From: Acidimicrobiia bacterium
GTDB taxonomy: Bacteria > Actinomycetota > Acidimicrobiia > IMCC26256 > JAMXLJ01
NCBI GenBank assembly: GCA_036558745.1
Contig: DATBEZ010000006.1
Location: 5,526-69,525, forward strand
DNA length: 64,000 nucleotides
Reading direction: 5' to 3'
Positions within the stretch are counted from its first letter, which is position 1, and each line of letters opens with the position of its first letter. The notes below the pieces were generated by a model that worked only from the letters and a program-made list of their open reading frames with translations, did not search any database and was not told where the DNA came from. The translations under genes were made by a program, and so were the position numbers. This document shows positions 53,269 through 61,821 of this stretch, piece by piece.

Positions 53269-54081
53269 TCATTGCAACACCTCGGGCTCGTCCCGCAGCA
53301 GCTGGCGGACCGCGCCCTCCCAGTGGACGCGGGGTGCGTTCCGCTTCAACAACGCCTTCATCTCGGCTCGTGCCGGCGCCGGGATCTCGACCGGCTCCCG
53401 GCCCGCGCGCAGCACGTCGTACGTCATACGGCACATGCGCTCGAACGTGACCGCCTTGTACGTCGCCTCCTGGATCGTGGGGGCCGTGACGATCACACCG
53501 TGACTCACGAGCAGCACACCGCTCGCGCTGCCGACGCGCTCGGCCAGACGCGCGCCGGAGCTCGCGTCGTCGATCGAGCCGTCGTACTCGTCGACCACAC
53601 CGAGCTCACCGTCGAAGATGCACGCGTTCTGGTGCACCAGCCGCGGCGCCTCGCCCATCGCCGCGAGCAACGTCGCGTAGTAGGGGTGGTTGTGGATCAC
53701 GACGCGCGCGTCCGGACGGACGCGGTGCAGCTCGGTGTGGAGGAAGACCGCGGGCGTGACGTCCCATTGGCCCGCCACGACGTGACCATCGGGGTCGACG
53801 GCGACGATGTCGGACGCCTGCACCTCCTCCCACCACTTCCCCCAGGGGTTGGCCCACAGGTTCGGGGTGACGTCGTCGGCCCAGGTGATGTGGCCGGCGA
53901 TGTGCTCGCCGAACCCGGTCCCCGCCAGGATGCGCAGCGCGCACGCGAGCTCCTGCTGCAGCGTGAGCTCGACGCCGATCCCCGGCCCCGGCAGCGGCCG
54001 CTCGGTGTCCTCTGGTCGCTCCCGCTCCCGCTCTGAGGGCTTCGCCCGGCGGAGCTCCGCTCCCGCTCCCGTCGTCGTCAT
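53269..54081 (-). CDS. class II aldolase/adducin-family protein
   Basis: Internal ATG 54081. GHITWADDV...DIVAVDPDGHVV...VVIHNHPYYATLLA...LVSHGVIVTAPTIQEA. Confidence 0.8.
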   Translation of the reverse strand: MTTTGAGAELRRAKPSERERERPEDTERPLPGPGIGVELTLQQELACALRILAGTGFGEHIAGHITWADDVTPNLWANPWGKWWEEVQASDIVAVDPDGHVVAGQWDVTPAVFLHTELHRVRPDARVVIHNHPYYATLLAAMGEAPRLVHQNACIFDGELGVVDEYDGSIDDASSGARLAERVGSASGVLLVSHGVIVTAPTIQEATYKAVTFERMCRMTYDVLRAGREPVEIPAPARAEMKALLKRNAPRVHWEGAVRQLLRDEPEVLQ

Positions 54082-54097
54082 CGCCCCACCCCACGCT

Positions 54098-54145
54098 GCG
54101 TTGGGACATGAACGGCACTCATACGCTGCATTGTTGTCCCAACGC
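54098..54145. repeat. conserved-stem hairpin GCGTTGGGACA-N26-TGTCCCAACGC
   Basis: Read directly. It lies between the ECH stop (54167) and the aldolase start (54081). Confidence 0.7.
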
Positions 54146-54166
54146 GCCGGTGGCGGTACCTGGTGT

Positions 54167-54991
54167 TCACCGCAGCTGCCACTCGACCCGCTTGCCGGAC
54201 GCGAACGCCTCCTGGCCCGCCTTGAGCCCTTCGGTCGTCGTGCCCATGGCGACGAACGCGTACGCCATCTCGAGCGCGGCCTTGTGCCCGGCATCGCGCG
54301 CGGTCCAGAGCGAGCGCATCGTCGCCTGCACCGCGAGGGGCGGGTACGACGCGATGGTCTCCGCGACCCAACGCGCATGCTCGGCCAACCGCTCCGCGGG
54401 CACCACCTCGGTGACGAGACCGATCTCCTTCGCACGTGCCGCCGACAACCGCTCGGCGTTGCCCATGAGCGAGAGGCGCATGATGTCGCCGAAGGGCATC
54501 TTGTGCAGCATGTGGACGGGCTCGAAGCCGGCGGGCATGCCGTAGCTCACGTGCGGGTCGAAGAAGGTCGCGTGCTCCGCCGCGATCAGGAACTCGCACT
54601 CGCCGAGCATGTAGAACGCGCCGCCGCACGCCATGCCGTTCACGGCCGCGATCACCGGCTTCCACAGATCGCACGTCTTCGGACCGATCTTCTGACCCGG
54701 GTCGTCCAGCATGAACGGGCTCGAGTAGGCCGCCGACTGACCGCCGGCCTCCAGGTCGTCGCGCCAGTCGGTATCGATGTCGGAGCGGTCGATGCCGGTG
54801 CAGAACGCCTTCTCGCCGGCCGCGGTGAGGACGACCGCGTTGACGTCCTGGTTCGCCCGCAACGAGCGCCATACGTCGTAGAGCTCGTCGGTCATCTTCG
54901 TGTTGAACGCGTTGTACACCTGTGGTCGGTTCAGCGTGACCCAGGCGACGCCGTTCTCCTCGCGGTAGTCGAGCGTCTCGTAGTCGGGCAT
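54167..54991 (-). CDS. enoyl-CoA hydratase/isomerase (crotonase) family
   Basis: Internal ATG 54991. GVAWVTLNRPQVYNAFN...VVLTAAGEKAFCTGID...KPVIAAVNGMACGGAF. Confidence 0.85.
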   Translation of the reverse strand: MPDYETLDYREENGVAWVTLNRPQVYNAFNTKMTDELYDVWRSLRANQDVNAVVLTAAGEKAFCTGIDRSDIDTDWRDDLEAGGQSAAYSSPFMLDDPGQKIGPKTCDLWKPVIAAVNGMACGGAFYMLGECEFLIAAEHATFFDPHVSYGMPAGFEPVHMLHKMPFGDIMRLSLMGNAERLSAARAKEIGLVTEVVPAERLAEHARWVAETIASYPPLAVQATMRSLWTARDAGHKAALEMAYAFVAMGTTTEGLKAGQEAFASGKRVEWQLR

Positions 54992-55023
54992 ACGGGTCGG
55001 CCTCCTCGTCGCGGTCGCCGGCG

Positions 55024-55038
55024 CTGACGCGCCGTCAG
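55024..55038. promoter_or_regulatory. perfect palindrome CTGACGcgcCGTCAG
   Basis: In the 88-bp divergent region between ECH (start 54991) and esterase (start 55080). Confidence 0.5.
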
Positions 55039-55079
55039 GTGCGGCGATACTGTGCGGCGCACCGCCGAGGGAGGTCAAC

Positions 55080-56015
55080 ATGCCGCTCGATCCGGTCACC
55101 CGCGGGATCATCGACGCGATGTCGCAGGTGTTCCCGAAGGTGCACACCATGGAGGCGGCCGACGCGCGGGCGATGGCCAAGGCGATGCCCGCCACGGCGG
55201 CCGAGCCCGAGCCGGTAGCGGTGGTCTACGACCGGGATCTCCCGGGGCCGGCGGGCGACATCCCGGTGCGGGTGTACCGGCCGCAGCCGATCGGTGGCGA
55301 CCCGCTCCCCGTCGTCGTGTACTTCCACGGCGGCGGGTGGGTGCTGTGCGATCTCGACACCCACGACACCACGTGCCGCGCGATGGCGAACGGCGTCGAC
55401 GCGGTGGTCGTCTCCGTCGACTACCGGCTCGCGCCCGAGCACAAGTTCCCCGCCGCGGCCGAGGACGCGTACGCGGCGACGCAGTGGGTGTTCGACCACG
55501 CCGACGAGCTGGGTGCCGACCCCGAGCGGCTCGCGGTCGCGGGCGACAGCGCGGGCGGGAACCTCGCGGCGGTCGTCCCGTTGATGGCCCGCGACCGCGG
55601 CGGACCGCCGATCCGCTTCCAGCTGTTGATCTATCCCGTCACCGACTACTCGTTCGACACGCCGTCGTACCGCGACAACGCCGAGGGCTACTTCCTGCTC
55701 CGGATCCACATGGAGTGGTACTGGCAGCAGTACATCGGCTCCGACGAGGAGGGCGCGAACCCGTACGCGTCACCGTTGCGGGTGAAGGACGCGTCGGGCC
55801 TCCCCCCGGGCCTGGTGATCACCGCGGAGCTCGACCCGCTCCGCGACGAGGGCGAGGCGTACGGGAAGAAGCTTGCCGACGCGGGCGTGCCGTTCACGGT
55901 GCGCCGCTACGACGGCATGTTCCACGGCTTCTTCTCGATGGGCGAGTTCCTCGACGGCGCGAAGCAGGCAACCGCCGACTCCCACGCGGCCCTCAGGACC
56001 GCGCTGAGCCCTTAG
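55080..56015 (+). CDS. alpha/beta hydrolase fold-3 esterase/lipase (HSL family)
   Basis: Oxyanion HGGGW, nucleophile GDSAGGNL and DPLRDEG. Confidence 0.85.
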   Translation: MPLDPVTRGIIDAMSQVFPKVHTMEAADARAMAKAMPATAAEPEPVAVVYDRDLPGPAGDIPVRVYRPQPIGGDPLPVVVYFHGGGWVLCDLDTHDTTCRAMANGVDAVVVSVDYRLAPEHKFPAAAEDAYAATQWVFDHADELGADPERLAVAGDSAGGNLAAVVPLMARDRGGPPIRFQLLIYPVTDYSFDTPSYRDNAEGYFLLRIHMEWYWQQYIGSDEEGANPYASPLRVKDASGLPPGLVITAELDPLRDEGEAYGKKLADAGVPFTVRRYDGMFHGFFSMGEFLDGAKQATADSHAALRTALSP

Positions 56016-56118
56016 GCCAGAACGCGTTTGCCGGCGCAAGTCGCGGTTGGCAGGGCGCCGCCCTGACGCCCGCGGTGCTTGCCCCGCTCCGACTCCGTCG
56101 GCGGCGCAGAGGATACAG

Positions 56119-57333
56119 CTACGCGTACTCGGGGAGTTCCAGGCCGAGCATCTTGATCGCGTTGCCGCGCATGATCTTGAGGATCACGTCGTCGTCGAGA
56201 CCCTTCGTCTGGGCTTCGGCGATCTCGCGGGTGCGGGGCCACGTCGAGTCGGAGTGCGGGTAGTCGCTCTCGTAGGTGACGTTCTCGACGCCGATCTCCT
56301 CGATGGAGCGCAGGCCGTGCGCGTCGTCGAAGAAGCAGCCGTACACGTGGTCGCGGAAGAGCTGGCTCGGCGGCTCGAGGACCTTGTCGGCCACGCCACC
56401 CCACGCGCGGTTCTCCTGCCACACCACGTCGGCCCGCTCGAGGACGTAGGGGATCCAGCCGATCTGGCCCTCGGAGTACGCGATCTTGAGGTCGGGGAAC
56501 CGGTTGAACGCGCCGCACATCAGCCAGTCGACGAGCGAGTAGCACGCGTTCGCGAACGTGAGCGTGGACCCCACGGCCGGTGGCGCGTCGGCCGACGTCG
56601 AGGGCATCTTCGACGACGAGCCGATGTGCATGCAGACGACGGTGTTCGTCTCCGCGCACGCTCGGAAGAGCGGGTCCCAGTAGTTGCTCGTGTCGTGGAT
56701 CGACGGCAGGCCCAGGAACGGCGGGATCTCGCTGAAGCACGTCGCCCGCACGCCGCGCGCCGCGTTGCGACGCACCTCCGCCGCCGCGAGCTCCGCGTCC
56801 CAGAGCGGGATGATGATGAGCGGGATGAGACGGCCACCCGACTCACCGCACCACTCGTCCACCATCCAGTCGTTGTAGGCCTCGACACAGAGCTTCGCGA
56901 GGTCCTTGTCGCTCGCCTCGAGGAACGTCTGACCGCAGAAGCGCGGGAACGTCGGGAAGCAGAGCGACGCCTCGATCCAGTTCGTGTCCATGTCCTCGAG
57001 GCGCGGCGCGACCTGGTACGAGCCGGGACGCATCCACTCGTACGTCGTGCCTTCGACCGTGATGTCGTCGCGGTCGTGGCCGACGGCCGCGTCGAGACGC
57101 ATGAGCGGCCGGCGGAGGTCCTCGTAGAACCACCAGTCGACGGGAGCGCCCTTGTCGCCGGGCTCGCCCGGCACGACCGTGAGCTTGCCGCCGATGAAGG
57201 TCATCTCCTTCACCGGTGCGCGCAGCACGCGCGGACCGACGTCGCGGTACTTCGCCGGGAGCCGGCTCTGCCACACCTCGGGCGGCTCCACCACGTGGTC
57301 GTCGACGGAGATGATCTTCGGGAACTCACGCAT
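56119..57333 (-). CDS. amidohydrolase_2 family protein
   Basis: IISVDDHVVEPPEVWQSRLP...NWIEASLCFPTF...CMHIGSS...ESDYPHSDSTWP. Confidence 0.85.
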   Translation of the reverse strand: MREFPKIISVDDHVVEPPEVWQSRLPAKYRDVGPRVLRAPVKEMTFIGGKLTVVPGEPGDKGAPVDWWFYEDLRRPLMRLDAAVGHDRDDITVEGTTYEWMRPGSYQVAPRLEDMDTNWIEASLCFPTFPRFCGQTFLEASDKDLAKLCVEAYNDWMVDEWCGESGGRLIPLIIIPLWDAELAAAEVRRNAARGVRATCFSEIPPFLGLPSIHDTSNYWDPLFRACAETNTVVCMHIGSSSKMPSTSADAPPAVGSTLTFANACYSLVDWLMCGAFNRFPDLKIAYSEGQIGWIPYVLERADVVWQENRAWGGVADKVLEPPSQLFRDHVYGCFFDDAHGLRSIEEIGVENVTYESDYPHSDSTWPRTREIAEAQTKGLDDDVILKIMRGNAIKMLGLELPEYA

Positions 57334-57354
57334 GGGGGCAGCCTACCCCCGGAT

Positions 57355-57369
57355 CTGACGATCCGTCAG
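57355..57369. promoter_or_regulatory. perfect palindrome CTGACGatcCGTCAG
   Basis: 22-36 nt upstream of ATG 57333 of the amidohydrolase(-), and in the same intergenic region as repeat copy 2. Confidence 0.5.
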
Positions 57370-57407
57370 CAGCGATCGACCCAACGCGCTACCGTCCCGC
57401 GGCGCAC

Positions 57408-57509
57408 GGAGCGAGGGACGAGCGAGTGCGCTCGCCAGCGAGCGAACGACGCGGGCAGCCCAGGGCCAAGGCCGGTGCCCTGCCGCGAGGGAGTGAGCGA
57501 GAAGACATG
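57408..57509 (+). repeat. copy 2 of the start-codon-abutting repeat
   Basis: GGAGCGAGGGACGAGCGAGTGCGCTCGCCAGCGAGCGAACGACGCGGGCAGCCCAGGGCCAAGGCCGGTGCCCTGCCGCGAGGGAGTGAGCGAGAAGACATG. Confidence 0.85.
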
Positions 57510-58262
57510 GAGATGAGCGGGAAGGTCGCGATCGTCACCGGGGGGTCGACCGGGATCGGGCGGGCCTCGGCACTGGCGTTCGCACGGCGAGGCGCGAACG
57601 TCGTCATCGCCGACGTCAACGACGACGCCGCGGGCGAGGCGGTCGAGCTGGTCAAGGCGGAGGGCACCGAGGCGCGCTACGTGCGCACGGACGTCACCGA
57701 ATCGGGCCAGGTGGCGGCGATGGTCGAGCAGACCGTGGGTGCGTTCGGACGCCTCGACTACGCGCACAACAACGCGGGCATGAGCGGCATGTCGGCCGGG
57801 GTCGTGGACTGCACCGAGGAGCAGTGGAACCGCACGCTCGCGCTGAACCTGACCGGCGTGTTCCTGAGCATGAAGCATGAGATCCCCAAGATGCTCGCGG
57901 CCGGCGGCGGAGCCATCGTCAACACCTCGTCCGGCGCGGGTCTCGTCGGGTTCGCCGCGCTGCCCGCCTACGTCGCGAGCAAGCACGGCGTGATCGGGCT
58001 CACGAAGTCGGCCGCGCTCGAGCTGGTGCGTGCAGGGATCCGGGTCAACGCGATCTGTCCCGGCACCACGCGCACCCCGATGATCGAGAACTACATCGGC
58101 GGCGATCCCCAGATGGAGAAGCTCATGACGATGGCGTCACCGCTGGGTCGGATGGCGAAGCCGGAGGAGATGGCCGAGGCCGCGGTCTGGCTCTGCAGCG
58201 ACGCGGCCTCGTTCGTCAACGGTGTGGCGCTGCCGGTCGACGCCGGCGCGGTCGCGCAATAA
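57507..58262 (+). CDS. SDR family oxidoreductase
   Basis: MEMSGKVAIVTGGSTGIGRASA, NNAG, YVASKHGV. Confidence 0.9.
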   Translation: MEMSGKVAIVTGGSTGIGRASALAFARRGANVVIADVNDDAAGEAVELVKAEGTEARYVRTDVTESGQVAAMVEQTVGAFGRLDYAHNNAGMSGMSAGVVDCTEEQWNRTLALNLTGVFLSMKHEIPKMLAAGGGAIVNTSSGAGLVGFAALPAYVASKHGVIGLTKSAALELVRAGIRVNAICPGTTRTPMIENYIGGDPQMEKLMTMASPLGRMAKPEEMAEAAVWLCSDAASFVNGVALPVDAGAVAQ

Positions 58263-58292
58263 CGAGCGCGCAACAACGAGGAGGACGCGCAC

Positions 58293-59237
58293 GTGGCTTC
58301 GATCGTTCCCGACGGGGAGCTCGTCTATGGCATGCAGCTGCAGATCCAGGCCCAGAGCAAGCTGTTCGTCGAGGACTGGGAAGCCACCGCGGGTCGCGAC
58401 GAGCTCCTCGCGCTCGCGAAGCACGCGGACGACGCCGGCTTCTTCTACCTCGCGGTGTGCGACCACGTCGCGGTCCCGAAGCCGGCCGACGAGCGGATGG
58501 GCACGACATGGTACGACACCATCGCGACGCTCGCGTACCTCGGTGCGATCACGGAACGCATCCGGCTGCTCTCGCACGTCTACGTCGCGCCGTACCGGCA
58601 TCCGCTCGTCACGGCGAAGTCGTTCATGACCCTCGACGAGCTGACGGGCGGCCGGGCCATCTTCGGCGTCGGCACCGGGCATCTCGAGAGCGAGTTCGGG
58701 TTGCTCGGCGTCCCGTTCGCGGAGCGCGGGCGGATGACCGACGAGGCCATCGACGTGATCCGCGCCGCGTTCGACGACGAGTACCCGTCGATCGACACAC
58801 CGCGGTGGCACGTGCGCGACGCCGGGATGCGCCCACGCCCGCGCCAGGCCCACATCCCGATCTGGGTCGGCGGCTCGTCGAAGCCCGCGCTGCGGCGTGC
58901 GGCCGAGCGCGGCGATGGCTGGCTGCCCCAGGGCACGCCCCGCGACGTGATGCCGGCGTCGATCGCGTACCTGCGCGAGCACCGCGCGCGCACGCGTGGC
59001 GACGACCCGATCGACCTCGGCGTCGTCACCGAGATGCTCTACGTCGGTGAGCCGGGCTGGGATGTCGGCGCGAACACGTTGTCGGGCGAGCCCGAGCACC
59101 TGGCCGAGAAGCTGCGGGAGTTCGGCGCCATGGGCGTGAACAGCCTCCAGGTCCGGTTCCGCAACCGGACCCTGCAGGAGCTGCTCGACCAGGTCGACGC
59201 GTTCGGCGCCGAGGTCGCTCCGCTCCTCAACCCCTGA
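58293..59237 (+). CDS. LLM-class F420-dependent oxidoreductase
   Basis: GTG start follows GAGGAGGA. GFFYLAVCDHV...ERIRLLSHVYVAPYRHPLVTAKSFMTLDELTGGRAIFGVGTGHLESEF. Confidence 0.85.
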   Translation: MASIVPDGELVYGMQLQIQAQSKLFVEDWEATAGRDELLALAKHADDAGFFYLAVCDHVAVPKPADERMGTTWYDTIATLAYLGAITERIRLLSHVYVAPYRHPLVTAKSFMTLDELTGGRAIFGVGTGHLESEFGLLGVPFAERGRMTDEAIDVIRAAFDDEYPSIDTPRWHVRDAGMRPRPRQAHIPIWVGGSSKPALRRAAERGDGWLPQGTPRDVMPASIAYLREHRARTRGDDPIDLGVVTEMLYVGEPGWDVGANTLSGEPEHLAEKLREFGAMGVNSLQVRFRNRTLQELLDQVDAFGAEVAPLLNP

Positions 59238-59249
59238 GCGCGTCGTTCA

Positions 59250-59293
59250 GTTGGGACACGATCCGGCGCGAGAGGCGCGGTTCATGTCCCAAC
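59250..59293. repeat. conserved-stem hairpin GTTGGGACA-N26-TGTCCCAAC between convergent genes
   Basis: Read directly. It starts 13 nt after the LLM stop and ends 14 nt before the fused-ACAD stop. Confidence 0.7.
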
Positions 59294-59306
59294 GCACCCT
59301 CGGGGG

Positions 59307-61466
59307 TCAGCGGGAGCGGGGGAGGCCGAGGCCGCGCTCGGCGATGATCGAGCGCTGGATCTCGCTGCTGCCCGCGTAGATCGTGGTGACGATCGCGTGG
59401 CGGAACGCGTGCTCGATCCAGCCCCCCGCGGGCGCGCCGGGATCGCCGTGACCGAGCACGCCCGCGGCCCCGAGCAGGTCGAGCAGGTCGGAGCTCGCGG
59501 CGCGGAACGCCTCGGTCGCGAACAGCTTGGCCATCGAGCCCTCGACGATCGGCAAACGTTCCTGTGACGACACCCACACCATGCGGTACGCGAGGAGGCG
59601 TCCGACCTCGTTGTCGATCGCGACGCGCGCGAGCCGGGTCCGAACGTCGGAATCGTCGAGCCGACCCGCGGCGCGCGCCCACGCAACGGCGCGGTCGAGG
59701 AGCCGGATCGCCTCGCCGTTCGCGGTCGGGTTCCGTTCGAACGCGAGCGCGACCGTCATCACGTTCCAACCGCCGTTGACATCACCGACACGGGCCGAGT
59801 CCGGCACGCGCACGTCGCTGTAGAAGGTGATGTTCGTGCGTTCACCGCCCAGCGTGTGCACCGGTCGGACCTCGATGCCGGGGCTGTCCATCGGCGCCAG
59901 GAACATGGTGAGGCCGCGGTGCTTGGGCAGCGTCGGATCGGTGCGCGTGAGCAGGAACACGTAGTCCGACTCGTGTGCGAGCGTCGTGAACATCTTCTGG
60001 CCGTTGATGATCCAGTGGTCGCCGTCACGCTCCGCCCGCGTGGTCACCGACGCGACGTCGGAGCCCGCGTCGGGCTCGCTGTAGCCGAGGCACATGAGGA
60101 TCTCGCCCCGCAGCGCGCGAGGGATCACGTCCCGACGCTGCTCGTCGTTGCCCGCGAGCAGGAGCGTTCGCGCGACGAGCTCGGTCGTGCCCCAGCCGTC
60201 CATGGGTGCGCCGGCGCGCGCGACCTCTTCGTCGAACGCGACCATCTCGAACGGATCACGCTCCTGACCGCCGAGCTCGCGTGGCCACGACGCCGCCAGC
60301 CAACCCCGATCCGCGAGCGCTCGATGCAGTCCCCAGTCGTGGATGGTGCCGGTCTCCAGCACCCGCTCGAGAACCTCGGGCGTGACCGCGGCGTCGAAGA
60401 ACGCGCGCGCCTCGGCGCGGAACGCCTCCGGCTGGGCCCCGAGGGAGAAGTCGAGTGACTCCTCGGGGCCGCTCGGGGCGGGCGCCGGGCGCGGCGCGTC
60501 CTCGTACAAGCGGTCGCCGACCAGCGCGACCGTGTCGGCCGGATCGCCGGCGGCGAGGAAGTCGGCCTTGGCGCGTCGGTAGTAGAGCTGCACGTCGTAC
60601 TCGAGCATGAACCCGTAGCCACCGTGCACGCGCAGGCTCGCGGCCGTCGTGTCGCCCGCGACCTTTCCGGCGAACGCGAACGCCATCGCCGCGAGCACGG
60701 CGAACCGCTCGGGTCGCGCCGCGAGCGCCCACGCGGCCTCCAGTACGAGCAGGCGCGCGCCCGTGAGCGCGGTCGCGACGTCGGCGAGCCGTTGCTGCAC
60801 GGCCTGGAACGACCCGATGGGCGCGTCGAACTGACGACGGGACTTCGCGTACTCCACGCCGAGATCAAGGGCTCCCTGCCCGATCCCGACGAGCGTCGCC
60901 GCGGTCAGCACCCGCCACTCGTCGCACGCGTGCTCGAACGCAGCTCGCGCTCCTGCACCGCGCGCGAGCACGACCGCGTCACCGCTGACTGCTCGATCGG
61001 CCAGTGGCGTTCCGCCGAGGTTCGAACGGGACTGCGCGCGTGGATCTCCGTGAACGAGCACGAGCTCGTCGCCGACCAGTCCGACGAGGTCGCGCGCGAC
61101 CGCGCCACCGGGCACGAGCATCCACACACCGTCGACGGCGGGTCGCAGTGCCAGCGTCGAGGGCTGGTCTCCGCACGCGACGCCGAAGCGGTCGAGGAGC
61201 CTGGTCGCGACGAGCGACTCGACGACGGGCGCGGGCGCGACGTGTGACCCGGCCTGCTCGCACACGACCGCGAGATCGACCAGCGAACCGCCGCCTTCTG
61301 CCGTGCCCATCGCCGGCACACCAACTCTGACCAGATGACGCCACAACGCAGCATCGAACCCGAGCGGTTCGGCAGCACGGACCCGCTCCGGTGAGGACTC
61401 CTTCGACAGCAGGGTCGCGAACGCGGCTCGCAGCGCGAGCTGGTCGTCGGAGAGGTCGAGGTTCAC
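59307..61466 (-). CDS. fused double acyl-CoA dehydrogenase (beta-like N-half + alpha-like C-half)
   Basis: GTG 61466 lies within ORF 59307..61658. The N-half (VNLDLSDDQLAL...RRQFDAPIGSFQAVQQRLAD...HGGYGFMLEYDVQLYYRRA) resembles 32625..33590. The C-half has CLGYSEPDAGSDVASVTTRAERDGDHWIINGQKMFTT...YAGSSEIQRSIIAERGLGLP. Confidence 0.85.
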   Translation of the reverse strand: MNLDLSDDQLALRAAFATLLSKESSPERVRAAEPLGFDAALWRHLVRVGVPAMGTAEGGGSLVDLAVVCEQAGSHVAPAPVVESLVATRLLDRFGVACGDQPSTLALRPAVDGVWMLVPGGAVARDLVGLVGDELVLVHGDPRAQSRSNLGGTPLADRAVSGDAVVLARGAGARAAFEHACDEWRVLTAATLVGIGQGALDLGVEYAKSRRQFDAPIGSFQAVQQRLADVATALTGARLLVLEAAWALAARPERFAVLAAMAFAFAGKVAGDTTAASLRVHGGYGFMLEYDVQLYYRRAKADFLAAGDPADTVALVGDRLYEDAPRPAPAPSGPEESLDFSLGAQPEAFRAEARAFFDAAVTPEVLERVLETGTIHDWGLHRALADRGWLAASWPRELGGQERDPFEMVAFDEEVARAGAPMDGWGTTELVARTLLLAGNDEQRRDVIPRALRGEILMCLGYSEPDAGSDVASVTTRAERDGDHWIINGQKMFTTLAHESDYVFLLTRTDPTLPKHRGLTMFLAPMDSPGIEVRPVHTLGGERTNITFYSDVRVPDSARVGDVNGGWNVMTVALAFERNPTANGEAIRLLDRAVAWARAAGRLDDSDVRTRLARVAIDNEVGRLLAYRMVWVSSQERLPIVEGSMAKLFATEAFRAASSDLLDLLGAAGVLGHGDPGAPAGGWIEHAFRHAIVTTIYAGSSEIQRSIIAERGLGLPRSR

Positions 61467-61479
61467 GTAGGTATCCGGG

Positions 61480-61806
61480 TCAGGTGGGGACGTCCCATTC
61501 GACGTGAGCTTGGATCGCGCCGCCGTCCTCGTCCAGCCAACCCTTGCCGCGGGCGTACTCGACCATCCCGTCGAACCGGTCCGACCATCCCCCACCGACG
61601 TGGCCCGCGGCGAGCGAGCGCAGCGTGTCGACGCGAACGAACGCATCCTCGCCGGCAAGACGACCGACGTCGCGGCCCGCGAGCACCTCGGCGAGGCGAG
61701 CCGGATCCTGTGTGCCGACCACGAGGAGATGGAAGCGCGTGCAGTCGTCCGCCTCCTCGAGCGTGATCGCGGGTGGCGCCGCCGCGAGATGGATCTGCAC
61801 GTACAC
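61480..61806 (-). CDS. hypothetical protein (108 aa)
   Basis: Strong third-position GC bias, and tightly packed between an SDR and the fused ACAD. No domain recognised. Confidence 0.5.
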   Translation of the reverse strand: MYVQIHLAAAPPAITLEEADDCTRFHLLVVGTQDPARLAEVLAGRDVGRLAGEDAFVRVDTLRSLAAGHVGGGWSDRFDGMVEYARGKGWLDEDGGAIQAHVEWDVPT

Positions 61807-61821
61807 GTGTCGCCCCTTTAC

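Noticed and set aside
56051-56065. Small hairpin CAGGGC-GCC-GCCCTG between the convergent esterase and amidohydrolase genes, followed by a CTGACG half-site
   Set aside because: The 6-bp stem is only a plausible weak terminator. The half-site has no partner arm, so it was not counted in the palindrome family.
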